NCBI GenBank assembly: GCA_041563215.1
Contig: JBFFNJ010000003.1
Span: 1 to 32,563, forward strand
From: Candidatus Deferrimicrobia bacterium
GTDB taxonomy: Bacteria; Desulfobacterota; Deferrimicrobia; J040
Direction: 5' to 3'
Length of the DNA stretch: 32,563 nt
The position numbers and the translations under genes are program-made. The notes beneath the pieces were generated by a model. It saw only the letters and a program-made list of their open reading frames with translations, did not search any database and was not told where the DNA came from. Numbering within the stretch: position 1 is the stretch's first letter; each line of letters begins with the position of its first letter. Of the stretch, positions 9,789 to 19,078 are shown piece by piece.

Positions 9789-11387
9789 GTGAAAGACTTG
9801 AAATGGCACAAAAGTATCGGATTTAAAAGTGTAATGTCTGTGGGAATCACCGCCGTCCTCGTCAACGGCCTGTTTGGATACCTGACCCTCGCCATTCAGG
9901 AGCGGCATTTAAACGATACCATCCTGCGATCGGCCACCCAGATGAGCGAGACCATAGAAAAATCCATCAAATTCGACATGCTCGAGAACAGGAAGGAGAA
10001 TGCCTACCGCATAATGCGGACGATAGCCGACCAGGAAGGGATCGATCGCGTGAGAATCTACAGCAGCGAGGGCAAGATCATATTCTCCACCGACAGGAGA
10101 GAGTTCGGGTCGATGGTGGACAAGAAAGCCGAGGCGTGCTATGGCTGCCATACCGAGGAGAAGCCGCTGGAAAAGCTTACCACCTCAGCTCGGAACCGAA
10201 TCTTCACCTCCCCCGCAGGCTTGCGGCTTCTCGGCATCGTCAACCCCCTCTCCAACGAGAGTGAGTGTTTCTCTGCTGCCTGCCACTTCCACCCCGAGTC
10301 GCAGAAGGTTCTCGGCGTCATCGACATCACCATGTCCCTCGAGGAGATAGACAAGGAGATTGCCATAACCCGGAATCGGGTCATTTTGTCGAGTGCGCTT
10401 TCCATCATAGTCATATCGACGATCATCGCGATTATATTCATGCGCCTCATCGGCAGGCCCGTCCGGGAGATCATCAAGGGGCCAAGGAGGGTTGCCGGCG
10501 GAGACCTGGAGTACATGATACCGATTGCCACGGACGACGAGATGGGGTTTATCGCGCAATCCTTCAATCGCATGACCCAGAACCTGAAAAGGGCAAACGA
10601 CGAAATCCACGACTGGATCAGGACCCTGGAGAGCAAGGTCGAGGAGAGGACGAAAGAGCTCAACGAGGCGCAGTTTCAGCTCATCCAGTCCGAAAAGTTA
10701 GCCGCCATCGGAAAGATCGCCGCCACCGTCGCCCACGAAATAAACAACCCCCTGAGCGGCATCTTCACCTACGTGAAGCTCATGCAGAGAAAGATTGTCG
10801 AGGGGCACGTGGGAGATGAGGACATCGAGAAATTTGGCGGGTACCTCTCGTCTATGAGCAGGGAGATCGAGCGAACCAGGTCCATCGTGGGGGACCTCCT
10901 CGACTTCACCCGGCCCAAGGAGCCGTCGAGAATAGAGACCAACATAAACAGGGTCATCGATGAGTCGGTCAGGCTCATCACGAACGAGATCCGTATCAGC
11001 AACATCAGGCTGGAAAAGAGCCTGGAGCACCTTCCTAAAATCATGGTTGACCCCTCCCAGATCCAGCAGGTCTTCATAGACACCATGGTCAACTCCTGCC
11101 AGGCAATGGAGGAAGGAGGGCTTCTCACGATACGCTCATTTTATCTTTCCGAGAGCGACGAGGTGGTCGTTGAGATCATCGACACCGGGGTGGGGATCTC
11201 GCCGGAAAATCTGTCGAAGATATTCGATCCCTTCTTTACCACCAAGACCAGGGGAACGGGTCTGGGCCTTTCCGTCGTGTACGGGATCGTCACCCGGCAC
11301 GGCGGGAAGATTGAAGTGGAGAGCGAGGTAGGCAGGGGGACGCTGGTGAGAATCCGGCTCCCGGCTGAAGCGGGGGAGAAACGATAG
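9789..11387 (+). CDS. Sensor histidine kinase with periplasmic heme-c-type motifs, HAMP, HisKA and HATPase_c domains
   Basis: Two TM segments flank a periplasmic domain containing CYGCH and CFSAACH. HAMP (DEMGFIAQSFNRM); H-box VAHEINNPL; DTGVGI, FDPFFTTK and GTGLGL boxes. Confidence 0.93.
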   Translation: MKDLKWHKSIGFKSVMSVGITAVLVNGLFGYLTLAIQERHLNDTILRSATQMSETIEKSIKFDMLENRKENAYRIMRTIADQEGIDRVRIYSSEGKIIFSTDRREFGSMVDKKAEACYGCHTEEKPLEKLTTSARNRIFTSPAGLRLLGIVNPLSNESECFSAACHFHPESQKVLGVIDITMSLEEIDKEIAITRNRVILSSALSIIVISTIIAIIFMRLIGRPVREIIKGPRRVAGGDLEYMIPIATDDEMGFIAQSFNRMTQNLKRANDEIHDWIRTLESKVEERTKELNEAQFQLIQSEKLAAIGKIAATVAHEINNPLSGIFTYVKLMQRKIVEGHVGDEDIEKFGGYLSSMSREIERTRSIVGDLLDFTRPKEPSRIETNINRVIDESVRLITNEIRISNIRLEKSLEHLPKIMVDPSQIQQVFIDTMVNSCQAMEEGGLLTIRSFYLSESDEVVVEIIDTGVGISPENLSKIFDPFFTTKTRGTGLGLSVVYGIVTRHGGKIEVESEVGRGTLVRIRLPAEAGEKR

Positions 11388-11932
11388 GAGCCAGGGCTAT
11401 CTACATCAGGCCCATAGAGGCTGTTGACGACGATGTTGTCGGCTGGTTGCGACAGGATATAAACAGGTTTCTCAACCTGCCCGTGGAGGTGATGGAAATG
11501 ATGACCGCATCTCCGGACTGCTTCGAGGAGAAGAGGAAGCAGTATAATTCCACGAAGATCCTGGGTGAGATGCTCCGGGAGATCCCCACCGATGCCCTGA
11601 AAGTACTCGGGATCATCGACAGCGACATTTCCATACCGATTCTCACCTTTGTTTTTGGCGAGGCCCAGCTTGGCGGTCAGGCAGCCATCGTCTCCCTGAC
11701 CCGGCTCCGCCAGGAATTCTACGGCATGGAACCGAACCGGCATATATTTCTCGACCGTCTCCGCAAGGAGAGCTTCCACGAGCTCGGCCACACCTTCGGC
11801 CTCTACCACTGCGCGGAGGATGCCTGCGTCATGAGGCTATCGAGCACGATCTTCGACGTCGACAGGAAGGGGAGCACGTTCTGCAGGGATTGTTACCTGG
11901 CAATGTTTTCAAAAATGCAGGAAGGAGGGTGA
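11384..11932 (+). CDS. Archaemetzincin-family Zn metalloprotease (peptidase M54)
   Basis: QYNSTKIL, FVFGEAQLGG and AIVSLTRL motifs; HELGHTFGLYHC-x4-CVM Met-turn and C-terminal FCRDC. Start uncertain (ATA 11384 or TTG 11447). Confidence 0.88.
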   Translation: MGARAIYIRPIEAVDDDVVGWLRQDINRFLNLPVEVMEMMTASPDCFEEKRKQYNSTKILGEMLREIPTDALKVLGIIDSDISIPILTFVFGEAQLGGQAAIVSLTRLRQEFYGMEPNRHIFLDRLRKESFHELGHTFGLYHCAEDACVMRLSSTIFDVDRKGSTFCRDCYLAMFSKMQEGG

Positions 11933-11935
11933 GTG

Positions 11936-13300
<1,365 letters not shown>

Positions 13301-13332
13301 GCCCGGCCACCCCTTGATGGGAAAACGGCATG

Positions 13333-13432
13333 TGTGGAAAATTTCCATACGGTGCTGTTTTTTTCAACTCGCTAACATCTTGATAATTATAGAGAAATGA
13401 CGCTTCCGCGGAAAGTGTAGAATAAAGCCACA
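13333..13432. promoter_or_regulatory. Candidate upstream activator sites plus IHF site
   Basis: TGTGGAAAATTTCCATA (13333-13349) and TGTAGAATAAAGCCACA (13416-13432). The minus strand of 13373-13385 reads TATCAAGATGTTA, an exact match to the IHF consensus WATCAANNNNTTR. Confidence 0.6.
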
Positions 13433-13530
13433 GATTCGTCCGGACGGCTTTCAGGCAGCCGCCCCCCTTCTTCCCTGAAATATCTATTGTTTTCAGGTGG
13501 TTGCAAAGTTATCGCGCCCATGTCCCGGGT

Positions 13531-13545
13531 TGGCACGGTCATTGC
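13531..13545 (+). promoter_or_regulatory. Sigma-54 (-24/-12) promoter
   Basis: TGGCACG-GTCA-TTGC, an exact match to TGGCACG-N4-TTGC, directly downstream of a sigma-54 activator gene. Confidence 0.9.
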
Positions 13546-13583
13546 GAATGAAGAGAGTAGAAACGGTTGGTCGGGAGGCGAAA

Positions 13584-13691
13584 ATGGGATACGCGATAAT
13601 AGTCGTCACCTATCTCGTGGTTGCCCTGTTAGCGGCGACAAGAACCGGGCCCGCTGAAAGCGATGGAGCCGTGAGGGTACACCTTCCCTAG
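13584..13691 (+). CDS. Putative 35-aa hydrophobic peptide
   Basis: GGGAGG RBS, then MGYAIIVVTYLVVALLAATRTGPAESDGAVRVHLP; first ATG after the sigma-54 promoter. Confidence 0.5.
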   Translation: MGYAIIVVTYLVVALLAATRTGPAESDGAVRVHLP

Positions 13692-13757
13692 GCAGTGGCG
13701 TTATCTTCTCCTGCCAAAGGGATGCGGGTCGTCATTTCTGAAGGACAGGGGGTAGAC

Positions 13758-14471
13758 ATGAAAGGGGATACCTGCCCGTTTCTCGAAGTCAAGACGGTCA
13801 TATATTGCAAGGCCTTTCCCGTCAAGAAGATGATACCCGTCGAGCGTCTCTCGTCTTCCCGGGGCCTCTGCGGGACCTCCCATTTCCAGGAGTGTTCCCA
13901 TTTCAAGGAGGTAAGCTGCGCCGAGAGAGAGACGCAGAATGTCAGGGGGTTCCTCATCAAATCGGACTACTATTACCACCCGGGGCATCTGTGGGTCTCC
14001 TTCCCGGAAGACAGCGAAAACGACGTGAGGGTGGGAATCGATGATTTTGCCCAGAGGATCATCGGGAAAATTGACAAGGTTTCCCTCCCCCCGACGGGCA
14101 CGGCCGTGAAGGAGGGAAGCGTATGCTTCCTGCTCCACTCCGGCAAGCGCAAGATCCGCCTGGCGGCTCCCGTGACCGGGATCATCAAGGAGGTCAACGA
14201 GAACCTTGTATCCCACCCTGCTGTCATCAACGAGGATCCCTACTGCGAAGGATGGCTGTTCAACGCAAGGCTGACCGGGGACGGGATCAAGGGCCTCTTC
14301 TACGGGAGCGCAGCTCAAAACTGGCTCAAGTGGGACGCCGAGCGGCTCATGAGGGTGTGCGCGGCAAACTTCGGCATCACGGCAACGAACGGAGGTGAGG
14401 CGGTTTCGAACATCAGCGCCCAGCTGAGCACGCAACAGTGGAGCAAGATCGTCGGCATTTTCCTGGAGTAG
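13758..14471 (+). CDS. GcvH-fold protein 1 with Cys-rich N-terminal domain (soluble)
   Basis: N-terminal C-x10-C...C-x7-C; YYHPGHLW, VRVGIDDFAQ, APVTGIIKEVN and INEDPYCEGWL (GcvH fold); C-terminal extension containing TNGG. Confidence 0.85.
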   Translation: MKGDTCPFLEVKTVIYCKAFPVKKMIPVERLSSSRGLCGTSHFQECSHFKEVSCAERETQNVRGFLIKSDYYYHPGHLWVSFPEDSENDVRVGIDDFAQRIIGKIDKVSLPPTGTAVKEGSVCFLLHSGKRKIRLAAPVTGIIKEVNENLVSHPAVINEDPYCEGWLFNARLTGDGIKGLFYGSAAQNWLKWDAERLMRVCAANFGITATNGGEAVSNISAQLSTQQWSKIVGIFLE

Positions 14472-14525
14472 GGGTATGGATTGCAATAAAGGGGTCAACG
14501 CGAACCGGCAAAGGAGGTGAGAACA

Positions 14526-15227
14526 ATGGTCCCCATCCTTGTCATATTGACATTTGCTGCCTTTATCCTGGTCCAGATTGCTCTCGAGAAGAGAGCCGAG
14601 GTGAGGGCAAGGGAGCTGGCGAGCCAGTACGGCGAATCTCCGGAGCTTGCCGTACCTCCACGGGTATCACCCGCCCTTTCGGGGTATGCGGTCCCGGAAG
14701 GCGTGTTTCTCCATCCCGGGCACACCTGGGCCCACCTGGGGCTCACGGGTGAGGCGAGAGTGGGAATCGACGACTTCGCCCGGATGATCGTGGGGGACAT
14801 AGACGGTGTTCTGCTGCCGCGTGAGGGTACCCAGGTTGCGCAGGGAGGCAAGCTGTTTGCCCTGGTCAAGGGGAAGCGGGCGATCGATTTCGTGTCTCCC
14901 CTTGACGGTATCGTCCAGGTGGTCAACGATTACGTCGAACTGTCACCGGAGCGGATAACGAACGACCCGTACCAGTCCGGATGGATACTCGAGATCAGGC
15001 CCACCAATTTCGTAAAGAACATCAAGCGGCTCAGGATAGCTGCCGAGGCGGCCAACTGGTTCGAGAGGGAGATGGAGCGATTTTCGGAGTTTATCGACCG
15101 TCACATGGGACGGCAGCGGGAAGTGGGAGTGACCGCCCGTGATGGTGGCGCCTATCTTGCGGGCATCGTCGAAAAAATGGACGATGAGCTGCTCCAGAAG
15201 CTCGGGAGGGCCTTCTTCGGGCTGTAA
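14526..15227 (+). CDS. Membrane-anchored GcvH-fold protein 2
   Basis: AAGGAGGTG RBS; N-terminal TM MVPILVILTFAAFILVQIAL; FLHPGHTW, RVGIDDFA, SPLDG and NDPYQSGWI motifs; C-terminal RDGG. Confidence 0.85.
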   Translation: MVPILVILTFAAFILVQIALEKRAEVRARELASQYGESPELAVPPRVSPALSGYAVPEGVFLHPGHTWAHLGLTGEARVGIDDFARMIVGDIDGVLLPREGTQVAQGGKLFALVKGKRAIDFVSPLDGIVQVVNDYVELSPERITNDPYQSGWILEIRPTNFVKNIKRLRIAAEAANWFEREMERFSEFIDRHMGRQREVGVTARDGGAYLAGIVEKMDDELLQKLGRAFFGL

Positions 15228-15307
15228 GGGGAAGAAAAGGACCGTGTCAGGCCTTCCCCGGGATATGAGAGCGGTGATGGCGAAACCGGGAGAAAGGAGA
15301 GGAAGCA

Positions 15308-16192
15308 ATGAGCGTGAAGAGGAGAGATTTCCTGAAGATCGCCGGATGCGCGGGGATGGCACTGCTCGGCGGAAGTGATGCCCGGGCCAGAACGAAAGAG
15401 CCGGATCCCGAGTTTTCCGCGATGCTCATCGACACGACGCTTTGTGAGGGCTGCCGCAGCTGCGAAGAGGCCTGCAACGAGAAGAACAGGCTCCCCGAGC
15501 CGGCGACGCCGTTTGCGGAGGGGAGCGTGTATGAGGGGAAAAGGGATACTTCCATCGGCGCCTACACGGTAATCAACCGGTTCCCGAACCCCCGCGATCC
15601 CGGCAGCCCCATATACGTGAGGAGGCAGTGCATGCACTGCAACCAGCCCGCCTGCGCGTCGGCATGCCTTGTTAAGGGGCTCGAGAAAACGCGGCAGGGG
15701 CCGGTCATCTATAACAAGGAGAGGTGCATGGGCTGCAGGTACTGCATGATATCGTGCCCCTTCGACATACCGAAGTTCGAGTATGACAGCCCGTCACCCT
15801 TTATCAAGAAATGCTCCTTCTGTTACGACAGGCAGCTGGTGGGGAAGATTCCCGCGTGTGCCGAGGCGTGCCCCACGGAAGCGACCCTCTTCGGCACCAG
15901 GAGGGAACTTGTGGAGGTTGCGAGAAAGCGCATATACAGGAATCCGGGAAAATACTTCCCCCACATATACGGTGAGCATGAGGTGGGGGGCACCGGCTGG
16001 CTCTACCTCTCTGCAATCCCCTTCGACCAGATCGGTTTCAGGACAGACCTGGGCGCGACGCCCTACCCTGAGCTGACGTCGGGTTTTCTCTACGGGGTTC
16101 CCCTGGTTTTCGTGCTGTGGCCGTCCATGCTGCTTGCCTTGAACCACTTTTCGAGAAAGAAGGGGGAGCGAGGCGATGAAGAGAAAGAATGA
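15308..16192 (+). CDS. Tat-exported 4x[4Fe-4S] electron-transfer protein (HybA/HmcB/NrfC family)
   Basis: Tat signal KRRDFLK. Sixteen Cys in CEGCRSCEEAC, CMHCNQPACASAC, CMGCRYCMISCP and CSFC..PACAEACP; IYGEHEVGGTGWLYLS; C-terminal TM anchor. Confidence 0.92.
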   Translation: MSVKRRDFLKIAGCAGMALLGGSDARARTKEPDPEFSAMLIDTTLCEGCRSCEEACNEKNRLPEPATPFAEGSVYEGKRDTSIGAYTVINRFPNPRDPGSPIYVRRQCMHCNQPACASACLVKGLEKTRQGPVIYNKERCMGCRYCMISCPFDIPKFEYDSPSPFIKKCSFCYDRQLVGKIPACAEACPTEATLFGTRRELVEVARKRIYRNPGKYFPHIYGEHEVGGTGWLYLSAIPFDQIGFRTDLGATPYPELTSGFLYGVPLVFVLWPSMLLALNHFSRKKGERGDEEKE

Positions 16193-17468
16193 AGCGAGGA
16201 AGGGCAATCCGGGGCCGGCGCCGATGCTTCTTCAGAAGGCAGGAGAGTTCATCCGCTTTTTTCTCGGCGAGCTCAGGCCGAAAGGGAGGGTGCTCACTCC
16301 CTTCAACGTCATCAGCGGGGCGATCATACTGCTCGGCGCCGTACTCGTCGTGATCCGCTTTGCCAGGGGGCTCGGCGCGGTGACGAACCTGAACCAGGAT
16401 TACCCCTGGGGCCTCTGGATCGGTTTCGACGTGGTGACGGGAGTGGCCTTCGCCGGTGGCGCATACGTGCTCACCTTCGTCGTCCACGTCCTGCGGTTCA
16501 AGAAGTACGAACCCATCGTGCGGGCCACGGTTTTAAACGGATTTCTCGCCTATGTTTTCTACGCCGGCGCACTCCTCCTGGACCTGGGCCGCCCCTGGAA
16601 CGTGATCAACCCGATCATCGGGAAAGCCTTCGGCCTCAGCTCCGTGCTCTTCCTGGTGGCGTGGCACTTCATGCTCTACATGATATGCGAGTTCGTTGAA
16701 TTCGCTCCGGCCGTTGCCGAGTGGCTGAACTGGAAGAGGGTGCGCAAGTTCGTCATGAGCCTGACCATGGGCGCCGTCATATTCGGGATAACGCTCTCAA
16801 CGCTCCATCAGTCGGGACTGGGGGCGCTCTTCCTCCTCGCACCGTCGAAGATTCACCCCCTGTGGTACTCGGGGAGCATACCCGTTCTCTTCTTCGTTTC
16901 GAGCATATTTGCGGGCCTTTCCATGGTGATCATCGAGAGCTCCATATCCCACAGGATTTTCAACAGCCAGATGGATGGCGAGCACCGGGCGTCCCATGGC
17001 GAGATCGTCCTGGGACTTGGGAAAGGGGCAGCCTGCGCCCTCTTCGTGTACCTGTTTCTCAAGATCATCGATTTTGTCCACGGCAGGCACTGGGACCTGA
17101 TCGCCACGCCCATGGGGTACTGGTACCTCCTGGAGACGGTTGGATTCGTGCTCATTCCTGCGGGCCTGTTCGTTTACGCGGTGCGGAAAGAAAGCGTCCC
17201 CATGGTTCAGTTCACCGCTGTCCTGGCGGCAATCGGGGTTGTGCTGAACCGGCTCAACGTCTCCATCATCGCCTTCAAGTGGTACGAGCCGGTGCGGTAC
17301 GTTCCCTCTTGGATGGAGGTGGAGATAACCCTCGCGGTTATCTTTCTCGAGATCTGGGTCTTTCGGTGGGTCGTGAACAGAATGCCCGTTTTGCGGAAGT
17401 ACCGGGAACCGGAAGGTGAGCCGGTAAAAGAAGCGGAGGTGGTGAAATGGAGACCTTCACATATGTAG
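16176..17468 (+). CDS. NrfD/PsrC-family integral membrane protein (HybB/HmcC-like)
   Basis: GLGAVTNLNQDYPWGLWIGFDV..GVA, DLGRPW, LSTLHQSGLG, KIHPLWYS, NRLNV and YVPSWMEV motifs; about 10 TM segments. Confidence 0.92.
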   Translation: MKRKNEARKGNPGPAPMLLQKAGEFIRFFLGELRPKGRVLTPFNVISGAIILLGAVLVVIRFARGLGAVTNLNQDYPWGLWIGFDVVTGVAFAGGAYVLTFVVHVLRFKKYEPIVRATVLNGFLAYVFYAGALLLDLGRPWNVINPIIGKAFGLSSVLFLVAWHFMLYMICEFVEFAPAVAEWLNWKRVRKFVMSLTMGAVIFGITLSTLHQSGLGALFLLAPSKIHPLWYSGSIPVLFFVSSIFAGLSMVIIESSISHRIFNSQMDGEHRASHGEIVLGLGKGAACALFVYLFLKIIDFVHGRHWDLIATPMGYWYLLETVGFVLIPAGLFVYAVRKESVPMVQFTAVLAAIGVVLNRLNVSIIAFKWYEPVRYVPSWMEVEITLAVIFLEIWVFRWVVNRMPVLRKYREPEGEPVKEAEVVKWRPSHM

Positions 17469-18142
17469 ACATCTATGCGACAAAGGGAATCGAGTACATC
17501 ATCGTCATTGCCTTTCTCTTCATCGTCGTTTTCTTCTGGCGCTTCATCTGGCCCCCCCTTCCGGAGGTGGCAGAGGAGGAACGCTTCCCTGGAGCGGCGG
17601 AATGGTTTCACGTTCCGGAGGGGTACTATTTCCACCAGGGGCACAGCTGGCTGCGAAGAGAGCGCCCGGACCTGGTAACCGTCGGGCTCGATGATTTCGC
17701 CCAGAAACTGCTGGGGAGGGCTGAAAATCTCCGGCTTCCCGGTTCGGGTGCCACCATCCGTCAGGGGGAGGTAGGGTGGAGTATAGATGTCGCTTCGAAG
17801 ACCCTCGATATGCTCTCCCCCGTCGATGGGGAGGTCGTCGCTTTGAACGCCGAGGTGATGGAATTTCCCGAGATCGTCAACCAGGATCCCTACGGGAGGG
17901 GCTGGTTGATGAAGATCAGGCCCACGAGGCTCTCAGGGAACATCACCCACCTCCTCTCGGGAAGGCTGGCGAAGGACTGGGTCGAAGGGATCGTCGACTT
18001 TCTTCGGGAGAGGGTGGGGGGAGGCCTGGGGCCCGTGTACCACGACGGCGGACAGCCCGTATCGGGTATTGCCCGGGCCCTCTATGGTGACCGATGGCAC
18101 GAGCTGGTTGAGGAGGTTTTTCGAACGGGGGAGGAGGTTTGA
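17447..18142 (+). CDS. Membrane-anchored GcvH-fold protein 3
   Basis: GGAGGTGG RBS; N-terminal DIYATKGIEY plus TM helix; YFHQGHSW, TVGLDDFAQ, SPVDGEVVALN and NQDPYGRGWL motifs; C-terminal HDGG. Confidence 0.87.
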   Translation: METFTYVDIYATKGIEYIIVIAFLFIVVFFWRFIWPPLPEVAEEERFPGAAEWFHVPEGYYFHQGHSWLRRERPDLVTVGLDDFAQKLLGRAENLRLPGSGATIRQGEVGWSIDVASKTLDMLSPVDGEVVALNAEVMEFPEIVNQDPYGRGWLMKIRPTRLSGNITHLLSGRLAKDWVEGIVDFLRERVGGGLGPVYHDGGQPVSGIARALYGDRWHELVEEVFRTGEEV

Positions 18143-18268
18143 GCCGTGGGGGCACCGCCGGGAAGAGACTGCCGGCATGGAAGACACCGCCGCAAAATTC
18201 GATCGGGGATGCCATCGGCGTCATCCACCACTTATATCGAAATATATAATTTTTTTGATATTAATTGA

Positions 18269-19078
18269 TTATCCGGCCGAAGATTTTGCCTGGCGCACCT
18301 GAAAATCCTTCGTGAAATCCTTGAGGAGGCCCATCGCCTTTTCCCGCAGCTCGGGCGGGACGTGGAAAAACCGTATTTCTATCGTTTTTGCTTCCGCCAA
18401 GGATAGTTCGAAGAGATCGGTGTCGAGGCCGAGGTTCAGCGCAATCCTGTTCGTCGCGGCAGCAAGGAGGTGCTTTTCCTCGATGATCGTCTCCCCCGTG
18501 GCTGCATAATCCCTTTCGACCCCCAGTATCTCGGCGAATTTCACGACCGCTTCGGCGCACGGTTCGATTCCCGTCGAAAGGGGTGTCAGGCAGAGATGAA
18601 AGTGCCAGGGGTCGGGCCAGTCCACACCGCAGTAGTACTTGATGAAACCCGCTTTTTCCCTGTCTACCTTCCTGATCTTCTCCCTGGCTTCGGCCAGCTT
18701 TATCTTCTCGGTGAGGGACAGGTGGCTTGCCCGGAGATCGGGGATGTCCGTCAACAGTATGTTGAGGACGCCCTTTATGTTCCTGAGAATGTCAAAGGCA
18801 CCCCGTCCCAGCAGGATAACCCTCCCCTGGGTGGCGAAAAAAAGGATGGACTCCTTCAGCAGGCATTTGAGCACGTGGATGTCGCCCGTGAGGCGGTCGA
18901 TGATATTCGGGGCTTTCTCCGCGATTACCCTTTTGGCCGTACCCTCGTCGGCTATCTCGATGAGCTTCTTCTGTATCTCCACGCGGTCTACGATCCGGTA
19001 GCCCATCCGGGACGATACCTTTTCGACCAACTCCTGTGCCCCGGCACCGTATTGCCGGGAAACCGTTATGACACCCAT
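18269..19078 (-). CDS. Cytidylate kinase-like family protein
   Basis: VITVSRQYGAGA, VILLGRGA and DREKAGFIKYY..DWPDPWHFHLCL motifs. Start set at ATG 19078 after a G-rich RBS. Confidence 0.8.
   Translation of the reverse strand: MGVITVSRQYGAGAQELVEKVSSRMGYRIVDRVEIQKKLIEIADEGTAKRVIAEKAPNIIDRLTGDIHVLKCLLKESILFFATQGRVILLGRGAFDILRNIKGVLNILLTDIPDLRASHLSLTEKIKLAEAREKIRKVDREKAGFIKYYCGVDWPDPWHFHLCLTPLSTGIEPCAEAVVKFAEILGVERDYAATGETIIEEKHLLAAATNRIALNLGLDTDLFELSLAEAKTIEIRFFHVPPELREKAMGLLKDFTKDFQVRQAKSSAG

Noticed and set aside
14470-14485. Second sigma-54 promoter (GG-N10-GC) before GcvH-like 2
   Set aside because: The -12 TTGCA is good, but the -24 element (AGGGGTA) departs from TGGCAC and overlaps a stop codon.
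15308-17468. Hydrogenase-2 (hybAB) or full Hmc complex
   Set aside because: No hydrogenase subunits, maturation genes, multiheme HmcA or HmcE/F in the window, so gene symbols were withheld.
13758-18142. Glycine cleavage system
   Set aside because: No gcvP, gcvT or lpd in the window; the proteins have TM anchors or extra domains and lack the ESVK motif.
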